A stretch of DNA of 61,681 nucleotides, filler included, from Chiloscyllium plagiosum (lineage: Eukaryota), in assembly GCF_004010195.1 (NCBI RefSeq). It is 4 parts of one record of this genome, joined end to end, with 100 filler letters (N's around TTAATTAATTAA, not from the genome) between each part and the next. Parts side by side here need not be neighbours in the genome. Positions count along the whole stretch, not along the records: positions 1 to 16,639 come from NC_057712.1; 3 more parts are not named here. One strand, given 5' to 3'. This document shows positions 1-12,175 of this stretch, piece by piece (within the stretch, counting starts at the first letter, position 1; every line of letters begins with the position of its first letter). The translations under genes were made by a program, and so were the position numbers. The notes beneath the pieces were generated by a model, which was not told the origin of the DNA, did not search any database, and saw nothing but the letters and a program-made list of their open reading frames with translations.

Positions 1-940
1 GCTGTGTGTATGTGTGAGAGTGTGTGTGTGTGTGTGTAGGAGTGTCTGTGTGTATGTCTAGTGCAATAGTGGTCACCTGTAATGTGACATGAACCCAAGG
101 TACAATACCCAACTCATCAACCGCCAGTTCCGACGTGCCACAGCAAGGAACCGTAATGACCTCCTCAGGAGACAGACACGTGTTGCAACCGACAGGGTAC
201 CCTTCGTTGTTCAGTATTTCCCAAGGGCTGAAAAATTACACCATGTTCTTCGTGACCTGCAACACATTATCAATGAGGATAAGCACATCACCAAGACCTT
301 CCCCACACCTCCACCACTTGCCTTTAAACGACTGCCAAACTTCAAACAGATCATTGTTCGTAGCAAGCTGCCCAGCTCTCAGGACAACTCCATACAACCC
401 TGTCACAGTGGGTGCTGCAAGACGTGTCAGAGTGTGGACATAGATACCACTATTACGCGTGGGGACACCTCCCCCCTTGTATATGGCAGGTACTCATGTG
501 ACTCAGCCAACGTTGTCTATCTTATATGTTGCAGGCAGGGATGCCCGGAGGCATGGTACATTGGGGAAACTGAGCAAAGGCTACGACAACGGATGAATGG
601 GCACCGCACAACAATCAACAGACAGGAGGGTTCCCTCCCAGTTGGGGAACACTTCAGCGGTCCAATTCATTCAGCCTCGGACCTTCAGATGACCATCCTC
701 CAAGGTGGACTTCGGGACAGGCAGCAGAGAAAAGTGGCCAAGCATAGGCTGATAGCTAAGTTTGGTACCCATAGGGAGGGCCTCAACCGGGACCTTGGGT
801 TCATGTCACATTCCAGGTGACCACCATTGCACTATATACACACACAGATACTCCTACACACACACACTCTCACATACACATGGACACACGTACACACAGA
901 CGTGCACACAGACTCCCACACTCACACATGCCCCCCCCCA
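1..940 (+). mobile_element. Penelope-like element, 5'-truncated, GIY-YIG endonuclease region, preceded by an inverted copy of its own 3' end
   Basis: ORF 89-820 has VVYLICC..WYIGET..RLRQRMNGH..VGEHF..GLN and upstream CxxC motifs; 58-100 is the reverse complement of about 793-835. Confidence 0.9.
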
Positions 941-2580
941 GCTTCTGCCACGACACTACAGATTTTTTACAGAAACCCAACACCCACGGACCAGTCGAAC
1001 TGGGAACATTCCTCGTCACAATGGACGTGTCAGCACTCTATGTCAGCACTCTATATCATCATCCCCCATGATGACCGCATCAGGGCAACAGGCTCAGTAC
1101 TCAATACCAACAACTGCCAATCTCTGAGCACTGTGCTACTACTCATCTGCTTCTTCCTCGACCACAATATTTTCACCTTTGACAACCAGTTCTTCATCCA
1201 CACACAGAATGGCCATGGGGACCAAATTTGCACCCCAGTATGCCAACACCTTCATGCACAAGTTTGAACAAGACTTCTTTTCTGCACAGGACCTCCAACC
1301 ATCACTATACACTAGATATATTGACAAAATTTTCTTCCTCTGGACCCATGGTGAGGAGTCACTGAAACAACTACACAGTGATATCAACGAGTTTCATCCC
1401 ACCATCAGACTTACCGTGGACTACTCTTTAGTATCTGTCTCTCTCTTGGACATATGCATCACTATGCAAGGATAGCCAACTCAGCACCTCACTGTACCGC
1501 AAACCTATGGATAACCTTACTTGCTACACTTTTCTAGCTTCCACCCGAAACACATTAAAACAGCCATCCCCCATGGACAAGCCCTCCGCATACACAGGAT
1601 CTGTTTGGATGAGGAGGAATGTAATGGATACTTGAAAGTGCCCTGCACCTCCACTTCTCGCCTTTAAACAACCACCAAACCTTAATCAGACCATTGTTCA
1701 CAACAGACAGGAGCGTTCCCACCCACTCAGAAAACACTTCAGCGGTCCGGGACATTCGACCTTGGACCTTCGGGTGATCACCCTCCAAAGCTAACTTGGG
1801 GACAGACAACAACACAAAGTGGCTGAGCAGAAGCTGACAGCAAAGTTCGGTACCCATGGGAATGGCCTCAACCAGGACCTTGGATTCAGGTCACACTACA
1901 GGTGACCCCATTACACTATACACATACACACACTCCTACAGACCCATACACTCACACAGACACTCTCTCATACACAAGCTCTCTCTCATACACTCACACA
2001 TACGCACCCCCCACACTCACGCGCAAACCCTCTCACAGGCCAATACCCCTTTACACTCTCACAGACACCCACACCCACATGCGCAAACACACACACACAC
2101 GTATGTCGGGTGAATTTGTACTTGCAGAATTACATTCCATTTTGCTCAAACACTGCATGAATCCATATAAGATTCTGTAAATCCCTTTTATAGGAATAGT
2201 ATCAGTCTGAACATTGGGACACAGACAGACTTTAGCCTCACACCTTCAATACATTATCTGAGCTGAAATGGTACCTATTGTTAAAGTTCACTTGAGAATG
2301 TAACTTGAAAAACGGTTCTGGGTTTCACATATGAAAGAACTGAAACCAACATGTTTGTTATAAAAAATGAGAGACTTAAACAATCGAGGTCTTTTCCAAT
2401 ATATCATTTCAGTTACATCACACTGTAAACATTTGCCATAATTTCAGTTACATCACACTGTAAACATTTGCCATAAATTCTGCGTCTTATGATCTTATTC
2501 TCCACACCCACCTGATGAAGGAGCAGCGCTCCGAAAGCTAGTGCTTCCAAATAAACCTGATGTTGTGTGACATTTAACTT
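941..2580 (+). mobile_element. Second, decayed Penelope-like copy in tandem (RT fragments, internally deleted endonuclease, CA-rich 3' region, terminal hammerhead)
   Basis: Frameshifted RT motifs DTTDFL, LVTMDVSALY, AMGTKFAPQYAN, YTRYIDKIF; 3' part resembles 640-860. Confidence 0.88.
2509..2543 (+). ncRNA. Minimal type I hammerhead ribozyme motif (PLE terminus)
   Basis: cac-CTGATGA-A-GGAGC-agc-GCTCC-GAAA-GCTA-gtg: stem I cac/gtg, 5-bp stem II, palindromic AGCT stem III. Confidence 0.8.
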
Positions 2581-3620
2581 TGAAGTGACTGGGATTATGT
2601 TTGGGGAAGTGACTGGGTTGGACCAGGGAGAGGAGAGTTATAGAAACTCATTAATATGAAAGACTCAGGATTAGAGACTGCAGGAAGCTCCATGTCAGGG
2701 TGAAGGTGTCACACTGACACTGACCCTCCCTCTGGGCAATAAGGCCCATGGTCCAGATGCCCCTCCCTTTGAGGGTGTTTAAATACTTCTTTTACATCCA
2801 AATACTTTTCAAAATAAAATTGATTCAGCTTTTTGCAGCAGGATAGATACCCAATCCCCCAGCGGATTTATACGCAAAGCTGACAGGGGGCCAGTCCTTC
2901 AAGAAGCTGGACATGAGCCATGTTTACTTGCAGTCATGGATTGATGAGGAGTCACAAAAGAATGCTGCCATTAATTAAACCCATAAGGGTTTGTATCACT
3001 TTATGAGATTGCCATTTGGGGTATCATCAACCTGTGCAATTTTTCAGCAAACATGGAGAACGCTTTACAAGGTCTACCCTAGGTCACCATTTATCGAGAT
3101 GGCATAATAATAATAAGGAAGACTAACTTGGCTATCGTCCTTAGATGGTCCAGACACCCAAGTGATCTACTTGGAACACGAGTGACAAGCATGGGTTACA
3201 CCCATTGAAAGATACAGTGAGGGTGGGGGGGGGTTAAAGTTGCTCTGGCTCCCATGTCTATAACAGAGCTTAGGTCTTTCCTAAAGCTGGTGAATTATTA
3301 TGGAAAGTTCACACACAATCTGGCCTCCAACCAGTCACCTTTGCATCAAGGGTCAGCCTTGGAAATGGTCATGTAGCCAAATCACAGCCTTGAGGGAAAT
3401 GAAGAAAGAGCTATCATCCTCTGGGGTGTTGGCACAATGCGATCCCAAGCAAGATCTAGTATTGACATGTGGTGCCTCACTGTACAGCATTAGGGAGGTA
3501 TTAGCTGAATGGAGAGGAAAGGCCAGGACTTTGGCTAATGCAGAGCGTAAATACGCCCAGATGGAGATGGAAGGATTGTGGTTATATCTGGAATCAGGAG
3601 GTTCCACCAATACCTTTACA

Positions 3621-3812
3621 GATTAGATTAGATTACTTACAGTGTGGAAACAGGCCCTTCGGCCCAACAAGTCCACACCGCCCCGTCGAAGCGCAACCCA
3701 CCCAGACCCATTTACCCCTTCACCTAACACTATGGGCAATTTAGCATGGCCAATTCACCTAACCTGCACATTTTTGGACTGTGGGAGGAAACCGGAGCAC
3801 CCGGAGGAAACC
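3621..3812 (-). mobile_element. HE1-like tRNA-derived SINE, 3' half
   Basis: Same body and (TAATC)n tail as the full copies at 18811 and 49900. Confidence 0.85.
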
Positions 3813-3814
3813 TC

Positions 3815-3968
3815 CTCACTTTTGCCTACCCAATAAACCCAGTGTGACGATTTCACATCAACAAACTGACACTCGCAGATACAACGTCTGCAGAAACCCT
3901 AGCCACATTACTTTACATTAAAGACATCTGTGAAATGATTTCCAGACAACTCAACCCTCTCAGCATTA
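3815..3968 (+). mobile_element. Penelope-like fragment
   Basis: LATLLYIKDICEMISRQLNPLSI resembles the PLE TLPYIKGISE..L..LGI linker motif. Confidence 0.55.
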
Positions 3969-3971
3969 AAC

Positions 3972-4203
3972 TTTTCTCTGATGTTAGGGGTAGGTTCTTC
4001 ACTCAGCGAGTCGTTAGTTCATGGAATGCCCTGCCAGTAACAGTGGTGGACTCTCCCTCTTTATGGGCATTTAAGAGGGCATTGGATAGGTATATGGAGG
4101 ATAGTGGGTTAGTGTAGTTTAGGTGGGCTTGGATCGGCGCAACATCGAGGGCCCAAGGGCCTGTACTGCGCTGTATTCTTCTATGTTCTATCTATGTTCT
4201 ATG
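3972..4203 (+). mobile_element. CR1 LINE 3' end
   Basis: RGRFFTQRVVSSWNALP..FKRALDRYM and a (TATGTTC)n tail. Confidence 0.9.
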
Positions 4204-4802
4204 ATCATCCAGGGGTCTCCAAAATGAAGATATTGGTGAGAAGTTATGTCTATTGGCCAGGATTGGATGCAGACATGGTGGTGTTGGTGGGGCAGTGCCC
4301 AGAGTGTCCACAAGGACAAACATTGCTGCCAGCAGCTCCCCCACATCCACGGGAATGTCCGGGTAAAACCGGGATTCAGTTACATGTTAACTCTTCAGGT
4401 CCTTTCGTGGGCTTCATGTTCTTAGTTATTATAGATGCCACTCAGTGGTTGAATGTGCATTGAGTTGGTTCATCCAACACACATTCTCCACAAGTGTCAG
4501 TCACAGATAACCTGCCATCGTTTACCCACAGGGATTTGAGTAGTTCCTAAAGTCAAACGGAATTCAACAAATAAGGACAGCTTCCAAATAAGCACTATTG
4601 CTGTGCATACACCCAACATCCAATGGCCTGGCAGAAAGAACAGTGTTAACTTTGACATTTAGAGAATGATACCCGTGGCTTTGCAGAAACAGCCCACAGC
4701 TGCACAAGATACCGAGCCGTTGTGGTTCTATTGGACAACTCTTCATGCAAATACAGGGATAGCTCCAGCAGAGTTACTAACCAAATTAAATCTGATTTGG
4801 TT

Positions 4803-4990
4803 AGTCGCCTGAGGCGGTTTCAATTCCCGCCTCAGGCGACTGACTGTGTGGAGTTTGCACATTGCTAAATTGCCCGTAGTGTTAGGTAAGGGGTAAATGT
4901 AGGGGTATGGGTGGGTTGCGCTTCGGCGGGGCGGTGTGGACTTGTTGGGCCGAAGGGCCTGTTTCCACACTGTAAGTAATCTAATCTAAT
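4803..4990 (+). mobile_element. SINE copy with internal deletion and short 5' inversion
   Basis: SINE body and tail; agtcgcctgaggcgg (4803) is the reverse complement of ccgcctcaggcgact (4827). Confidence 0.8.
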
Positions 4991-5504
4991 CTGATCTTCC
5001 ACATCCTGAGGAAACTGTATCAAGAACACCAATGCCAGACACCAGACTCCTCTAAGCAAAAGAGACAGTTTGAAACAGAGGGACAAAGCTTGGTGTTGGG
5101 ACCACGGAAATGGCCCTGCATGGGGAAAGGGACATGGTGAATGTGAGGTCAGGTCCAGTGATGTATAAAGGGTAAATGTGATAGTCTTGATCAAGCACAT
5201 GGACCATATGAAAGCACAAAATGCATAAACTGTGCGGGAGCAAAATGTGTGAGAGCAAAATGTGTCTTGCTCCTCAGAACAGTCAGAAAGGCTGTTGGAA
5301 CCCATGGGTTTTCCCACTCAGTCAAGCATTGAAAAGAATTCTGAATCCGAGATGAACACAGCAGATCTCGCCGCATTCATCCTTGCTGCCGGAAGAAGAG
5401 TGAACTTCTCCCAAAATGCTCCAGGTGCAAGAAGTGAGCTCCTGTGTGTTACTCACTGCCTGTATTCGACACAGCGTCGGAGGAACCTGACCCAGTGCTA
5501 AAAC

Positions 5505-5694
5505 AGGAGAAAGTGAGGTCTGCAGATGCTGGAGATCAAAGTTGAAACTTTATTGCTGGAACAGCACAGCAGGTAAGGCAGCATCCAGGGAACAGGAGAT
5601 TCTCCTGAAGAAGGGCCTGTGCCCGAAACGTCGAATCTCCTGTTCCCTGGATGCTGCCTGACCTGCTGTGCTGTTCCAGCAATAAAGTTTCAAC
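5505..5694. mobile_element. Miniature palindromic PLE-terminus element with hammerhead core in the loop
   Basis: 62-bp arms 5541-5602/5633-5694 (1 mismatch); 36-nt tail 5505-5540; core CTGAAGA-A-GGGC-ctgt-GCCC-GAAACGTC at 5605-5632; TSD ccagtgctaaaaca at 5492-5505 and 5694-5707. Confidence 0.85.
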
Positions 5695-5767
5695 CAGTGC
5701 TAAAACACCCAGGAAGCAGGACAAGAAAATGGACCGGCCTATGTCCTCAGACACAGAGGGAGAGGGA

Positions 5768-6250
5768 TGTAGTGATTATAATGAGGGCAGGCAGATGGAC
5801 ATCATAGAATATAAGGGAGCAAATTACTATGGATGTTGGTATCTGTACTGAAAACAAAACATGCTGGAAATCACAGCTGGTCAGACAACATCCGTGGAGA
5901 GAGAGCAAACTGAAGTTGAGAGTCTAGATGACTCTTCATCAGAACTCGGATGAAAAGTGTTCCAGATTCAGAACATGAGCTTGCTGTCTCTCCAAGGATG
6001 CTGCCTGACCCACTGATTTCCAGCATGTTTCGTTTTCCTCAGAATAGGAGTTCTCCGATTGGGGCTAAACCTGGTCCAATCAGGAAGCCCTGGCTGACAG
6101 ATATAAACAGACATGTCACCTTATATCTTCCACTGTGTCTCACACCTGTACAGTAAGAAAGAAAGAAAAGAAAAAAACCCAGGAGTGTCAGAGGTTCTGT
6201 TCGCTGAGAGCTGGTTCTGAGGGAGCTGGATCAGTGTCAGGGACTCTCCA
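5768..6250 (+). mobile_element. 3' LTR of the Gypsy element (contains later insertions)
   Basis: Starts TGTAGTG directly after the polypurine tract; shares ccaatcagg.agccctggctgacaga with the solo LTR at 45945; end approximate. Confidence 0.7.
5846..6045. mobile_element. Older degenerate palindromic PLE-terminus element inside the LTR
   Basis: Arms aaaacatgctggaaatca..ggagagagagcaa / ttgctgtctctcc..tgatttccagcatgttt; remnant CTGATGA-A-GAGTC-atcta-GACTC on the minus strand. Confidence 0.65.
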
Positions 6251-7399
6251 TTTGTGTTAGAAGACTGACTCCATACTGGCTGGGCTACAGTGTGTTACTG
6301 CTGCTATTGGTTTCTGCTCTTTTTGGGGGGGAAACCTGATTCCTAAACTGGCTGAACCATATAGCCAGTTTATTAACTGGTATTCCTTCTTATTGAAGAC
6401 TGATTTCTAAACTGGCTGATTTAAACAGTCAATGTGTTTCAGGTGTAACTCGGTTCTCATTCAGGAGCCTGTTGTTTCACTGGCTGGTTACAGAAAAAAC
6501 TCTTTACACGTTTTTCCTTTGAGAAAACGGTTAACCTGATTTTGTGGCAGGGCTTAGCCCTTGCACTCTGCTTTTTTAAAATGCGTTTTTACTTTTTTGG
6601 TGTTTGGACTGAACCCTTGTGTGAAAATACATCTTTCCAGATGAACTGGCCCTGTGGGTAGGCCTGGCCCTGTGTGGATGACTAGGTCTCAGTAAAGACT
6701 GAACACCTGTGTGTGTGCTGGGAGGTGAGCAATTGCTGCATTCTGGAGTGGACCAAACCCCTGTGAGTTAACTGCACCTTTAAATGTACTGTGTTCCTGT
6801 GAGTGGGCCTGGTTCTCTGTGGATGGGCCAGGCCTCTATAGAGACTGAACACCTGGGGTGTGCATTCACTGCTTTCAGGCATGGACTCTGACTTGGTATT
6901 GGAAACTGTATTGTGAGAAATTTGTGAATTCTGTTAATGTATGTGGGTTTTGTAAATAATTGTGTTTGAGCGTGGGCCAGAGTGGACTAGTCAGTCTGTA
7001 GGGCCGCTGGGAGCTGGAGGGTCAATGATCAGCCTGGGGTAAAGCGGGCTTGGTGGGGTGGGGGGGTTCTGTTTGTACGCAGGGTGGCTGGGGGGTAGGC
7101 AGACTATAACGTGCCTGTAGGAAGGCAGGTCAGGGGAGGGGCAGCCAGTACAGGGGCTGGCTGGGGGCTGAAGGATTGATGACCGGCCTAGGGGAAAGAG
7201 GGCAGGGAGGAGCCTGTCAGTATGCAGGGTGGGGAGGGCAGGGCCAGGCAACTGAGAGTGTCCTCATAGGAAAACCTGTATAGGGCAAGGCCGGTCAGAC
7301 TGGAAGGCCAACAGCCAGCTTGTAGGAAAGCTGCCCTGGGTAGGCCGGTCAGTACGTAGGGTGAATGGGAGCTGGGTGATCAACCACCACCATGTATCC

Positions 7400-7800
7400 T
7401 GGTGGCAAGTTTCCTGCTTTACATGAACACCAACTGGCTACCAAATGACAGAACCCACTATCACAAGTTTCTTTTCATACAGACAAAGAAGGACACCACT
7501 TTGATAGGGACAACACACACATCCTAGGACAGGTGAAACAAAGACACACACGAGAATTCTGTGAGGCATGGCATTCCAACCAGAACTCCATCAATAAACA
7601 CATCGGTTTGGATCCTATTGACCTTCCCTTGAAAAAAACTAGAAATGACATCACCCACCGTAAGAAACCAAGACCTATCAATCGAGAGGCGGGACATACC
7701 ACAGTCCTTCACTGGAGACTCTCACTGATGATGTTACCTAGTCATGGTGACGAAACATCTGAAAACAAACCTTCCAGCTCAGCGAGCTGATTTACATACT
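7400..7800 (+). mobile_element. Penelope-like element 3' end (a different family) with hammerhead motif at 7722-7762
   Basis: KEGHHFDRDNTHILG..REFCEAWHSNQNSINKH (GIY-YIG C-terminus); tca-CTGATGA-T-GTTACC-loop-GGTGAC-GAAACATC-tga. Confidence 0.78.
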
Positions 7801-7849
7801 AACCTAAGTTTGTCTAACCTCTCCTTTAATGTGGCCTAACATTAAATCT

Positions 7850-8220
7850 ATAGCAGTAACATGACTTGTCAACTTTTATACTCAATGCCCTGATAAAGGC
7901 AAGCATGCCATATTGCTGCCTTTACCATCTCATCCACTTGTTTTGCCACTTTCAGGAAGCTGTGGCCTTGTACCTCAAGATCTCTTTGTATATCAATGCT
8001 CCAAAGGGTTCTGCCATTTCCTGGATATTTTGCTTTTAAATCTGACCTCCCAGAACGCATCACCTCCTATCTGACCAGATTAAATTCCAACCACCATTTC
8101 TCTACCCAACTTTCCAACTGATCTATAATCCTCTGTGTCTTTAACAAACTTCTCACAATCCACTGCTTTAACAATTTCATGTCATCTTACTAAGCAGAGC
8201 ACCCCCATTTCATCCAAATT
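7850..8220 (-). mobile_element. Old CR1 fragment
   Basis: QRDLEVQGHSFLKVAKQVDEMVKAA..GIEYKS. Confidence 0.75.
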
Positions 8221-8941
8221 TTTGTTTGTGTTCTGAGGGGTTATGACTAAAAACAAACAAAAAAAATTTCAGCCATTAATTTTAGCAAATTCTAGGATAA
8301 GCAACTTATTCAAAGCTGAGCAAGTCTGAAGTCTTTGAGGGAGTCCATGGGATAATAATGGGACTTTGTTTACAGTGTCTGCTTGTAAATGTTTCCCAAT
8401 GAGGAGCATTAGCTTATTTTCAGTTTAGGAAGGTCAGATATTTTATTTGGTGGAGGGGAGTGGGGGGACTTATTGCTTAGAACATTTTTGTCAGTTTCCC
8501 AGGAGGTTAGAAACATGGAACCATTTTTCTTAGAGAAGGGAGATAGTGTAGAAGTGTTTAGAAAATAGCTTATCTCACTATAAGTGTTTTAGAGTGAACG
8601 TTTCTGACCAGAGTTATTTGAAGCTGAGAAAATCTATACTCAATTATGCGTCTTTCCAATGAAAAGGCTATCAAATGCTCAAGCCTGAGAATTGAAAGAA
8701 ATTGATATGTTAAAGTTATAGATGTGATGGAGAAAAGATTATCTTTGGCTTTTGGAAATAATTAAGTGATGGTGTTAAAATAGATGGATAAGATTGAACT
8801 TTAGTGTGGTTCAAAATCATTAAAATTTGTTTGTATCAATAAATTGATCTATTCTAATTTCTTTTTGATAATAAACTGTTTTGTTGTTTAAAACAGTTCT
8901 ACAGCTTCATGTGTTTGTTTCTCAGTAAAAGACTAACTTTA

Positions 8942-9159
8942 TAGAATAGAATCCCTACTCTGTGGAAGAAGGACATTCAGCCATTGAGTCCACACTAACC
9001 CTCCGAAGAGCAAGCCATCCAGACCTACCTAACCCTATCTCTGTAACCTTACACTTCTCATGGCTAATCTACCTGGTCTGCACATCCCTGGACACTACGG
9101 GCAACTTGGCCAGGCCAATCCACCTGACCTGCACAGCTTTGGACTGTGGGAGGAAACCA
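8942..9159 (-). mobile_element. HE1-like SINE, partial
   Basis: Similarity to the other SINE copies in the window. Confidence 0.8.
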
Positions 9160-9249
9160 GATCTATCTGCTGAAAGAAAAACAATTATCTGATAGTCATG
9201 TTTCAGTCTGGGATCTTACTTCTCCAGTAATAACATCAGCTGTGTTCAC

Positions 9250-10125
9250 AAAGCTAGCCACAAACAGTTTACCTGATCGAGATGTTGGTGCTGAAAAACA
9301 CCTTTGACCACAAATCCATCAAGGTAGTGGTCTGCACCGAAAGTCGTAGAATCATAGAATCCCTACAGTGTGGAAACAGACCATTTGGCCCAACAAGTCC
9401 ACACTGACCCTCCAAGGAGTATCCCACACAGACCCCTTCCCCTACCCTAACACTCTACATTTACCCTAACTAGTGCACCTAACCTACACATCCCTTGACA
9501 CTATGAGGCAATTTACCATGGCCAATTCACCTGACCTGCACATCTTTGGACTGTGGGAGGAAACCGGAGCACCCGGGGGAAACCCACGCAGACACGGAGA
9601 GAGTGTGCAAACTCCACACAGTCACCCGAGGGTGGAATCAAACCTGGGTCCTTGATGCTGTGAGGCAGCAGCGCTAGCACCGTGCAGCTCTGGAATCCTT
9701 GAAGCACTCAAGGGAAAAAAAGAGATGGTCGGTCCAGGTGCACAGTTTTCTGAGTGTTAAAGTTTTTTGACAGAATGTTTCATTGTCAGAACATACAAAC
9801 ATGCATCAATATACAGCTTGGCTGATGGTGAGAAAACCTCTTCCCATCAGATGCTGCACACCCAGAATCTCACCTAATCTCGATGTTGTCCTTGAGGGGC
9901 AGTCATGAAAGAGCCTGCTATCTACCTCCCTGTGGAGTATGCCTTTGCAAAGAAGGTCTGAAGAGAGATTCAGTGTTTTTGTTTTTGTCAACGCGTAGCA
10001 CAATGTGTTCTATGGGCTATTCCCAGAGACACACAGAGACAAGCAACAACTGCTCCTGGAGGGACAGCAACTCAGTGAAAGACACTCTTTGATTTGCCAG
10101 AAACTTGCTGGACTTCCTAAAACTT
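9250..10125 (+). mobile_element. Decayed Tx1/L1-clade LINE ORF2 C-terminal fragment, split by a SINE
   Basis: Broken motifs KNTFDHKSI, AFAKKV, YGLFPETH, NSVKDTL..RNLL. Confidence 0.6.
9347..9686 (-). mobile_element. HE1-like SINE, near full length
   Basis: tRNA-like head, central domain, CR1-like tail. Confidence 0.85.
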
Positions 10126-10663
10126 CACTTTCCTCATCAGTATTTGGTCTTTCAAGTAATAATACTCAGGTATTGGCTCAGATCCCATTTCTGCACAGTC
10201 TGTTTGGGATAACACTCACTCTATTTGTTTTGCATTTCTAGTAAATAAGGTGGATGAAATATGTCAGCCTCACTTTTTGTTTGTTTGTTTAAGGTGTCAA
10301 AACCTGTTTTTGATAAACAGATTTTTCAGTCATCTCACTGTTTCATATATACCACCTCTTCCTATGTAGTTCTATGGGCCTGAGATGTAGTCACAGCACA
10401 ATCAGCAAACAATCCAGAACATTCCTCCTGTAACATCAGTTTCTTTATGTCCATTGCTTGTTCCACCACCCTTGGACTTTTGAATCTGCCAGGTCATTTC
10501 CCCAAGACAAAATCAATCCATGCCATAGGCATTTGCTTTACTACTCTGATTACATGTTCATTTAAAATGTTATTCTTTAATCAGATTTCTCCTTCACTAG
10601 GGGATTGGCAGAGAAAGGTGAGTATAGGACAGCTACCTGAAACTGGAGACTTTCTGTAACCTC

Positions 10664-10666
<3 letters not shown>

Positions 10667-10696
<30 letters not shown>
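10667..10696 (+). repeat. (GA)n microsatellite
   Basis: Direct reading. Confidence 0.95.
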
Positions 10697-10699
<3 letters not shown>

Positions 10700-12175
10700 T
10701 GAGAGATTTTCTTTGGTGCATCCTATTTGCAGACTAGTGATTCTCTTTCACACTAGCCCCACACAATGCAGGGTCACCTGGTCAGGAGCCAAGCAGAAAA
10801 TTGTCATCAAGCAGTTTCCTTTCGTTCAGAACCCTCTGGATCAGTGGTGTCTATTTCTGCTCTCTGTGTTGCAGAAAAAATCTAACATTATATACAACCC
10901 ACAATGTGCTCCAGTAAACATGATATTTAAAAATGCTACCATCTCTACAGTCTCTTTGGTTGAAAGCAGTATTTTTTTCCAGCCCACAGTCTAAAAATCA
11001 AAATAATAAAAATATGGTGTTTACATGGAAAGAAGAAACAACGTTTCAAAACGGACTTTCATCAATGTGACACACCGACCACAAATAGAACATTTGTATC
11101 CATTCATCCTCAGCCTGCCCTAAGTTAAAACTTATAGAATCTTTTAACATCTCATCATTTGTTGATTATTTAAATCTTCAGCAATGTGAACAATCTGTAA
11201 ACCAAATGGCTGAATCAGTAGATACACTGGAACAGTCTTGGAAAGTTCTCATCAGGAATAATTTCTCAGAAACAGGAAATGTGTTAGCTCTGTGCACACA
11301 ATCTCTCACTTCAAACAAAAATAATATTAATGTAAGATAATAACGCTCAATATATGTGTCTAAATCTACACTTGAAACAGAAAACTAATTAGTTTGGTTC
11401 CATGATGAATTCCTCTGCCTCAGTGTCTAAAATTAAACTAAGATAAACTAGCTCCCAGGCCAATGCTTGTGGATTACAGACTTGGGCCTTCCACGACTCT
11501 AACTCAGATAGAGACTTCAGCATTCCTCCTTCAATAAAGTCATCCTCAAGATTAAGAATGAGAAATATTTTCCCACATTATATCAATGACACTATCTTCA
11601 TTCAATTGCCCAGCATTGACCTATCTCCAGCACCTTTAGCCACATTACTATTTCCTGTGCTCCACAGAGTGTAAACCTTAAGTATAGCTGGGATCTGCTT
11701 AAGGATGCTGCTGTTATTTCACATTGATCATAACCAAACAAATCTTGGTTATCCATTGCTGCTTATCACAGGATTATTAATGATTGGATAACCATTCCAT
11801 AATCCTGGATTAGGGCTTTAAATTCAGTCTTTTTATCTCATTTCAAACAAAAGTGTGATTTATTTCTTATAATTAGACTTTTCTTCTGAATTGGTGAACC
11901 ATTAGCCATTGGTCTGGTCACTACATATATTAGAAAAATTCCTGGAACTTGTTCTTGTAACTGTTCCATTTCTTGAACCTCATTTGGCCTGGTGATGATT
12001 AGATTAGATTCCGTACAATGTGGAAACAGGCCCTTTGGCCCAACAAGTCCATACTGACCCTCCAAAGAGGGTGAAGCCCTAACCTTCGCACCATAACAGA
12101 TAAGGAGCATCAGCTTTGAAAACTGGATTCAGTGAAGAAAAACCCTCCTGTAAGAAGTAAAGAACAAGGAGCAGG

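Larger units (their letters stand above)
2840..5767 (+). mobile_element. Decayed Ty3/Gypsy LTR retrotransposon pol region, interrupted by SINE, CR1 and PLE insertions
   Basis: RT (KLDMSHVYLQ, RLPFGVSS), RNase H (LVLTCGAS, AERKYAQ), integrase (HPGVSKMK..YVYWPGLDAD..CPEC, VTDN, SNGLAER); polypurine tract agagggagaggga at 5755-5767. Confidence 0.88.

Noticed and set aside
11035..11068. Possible hammerhead remnant on the minus strand (ttgatgaaagtccgttttgaaacgttg)
   Set aside because: C3 is missing, stem II does not pair, and no TSD or arm could be confirmed.
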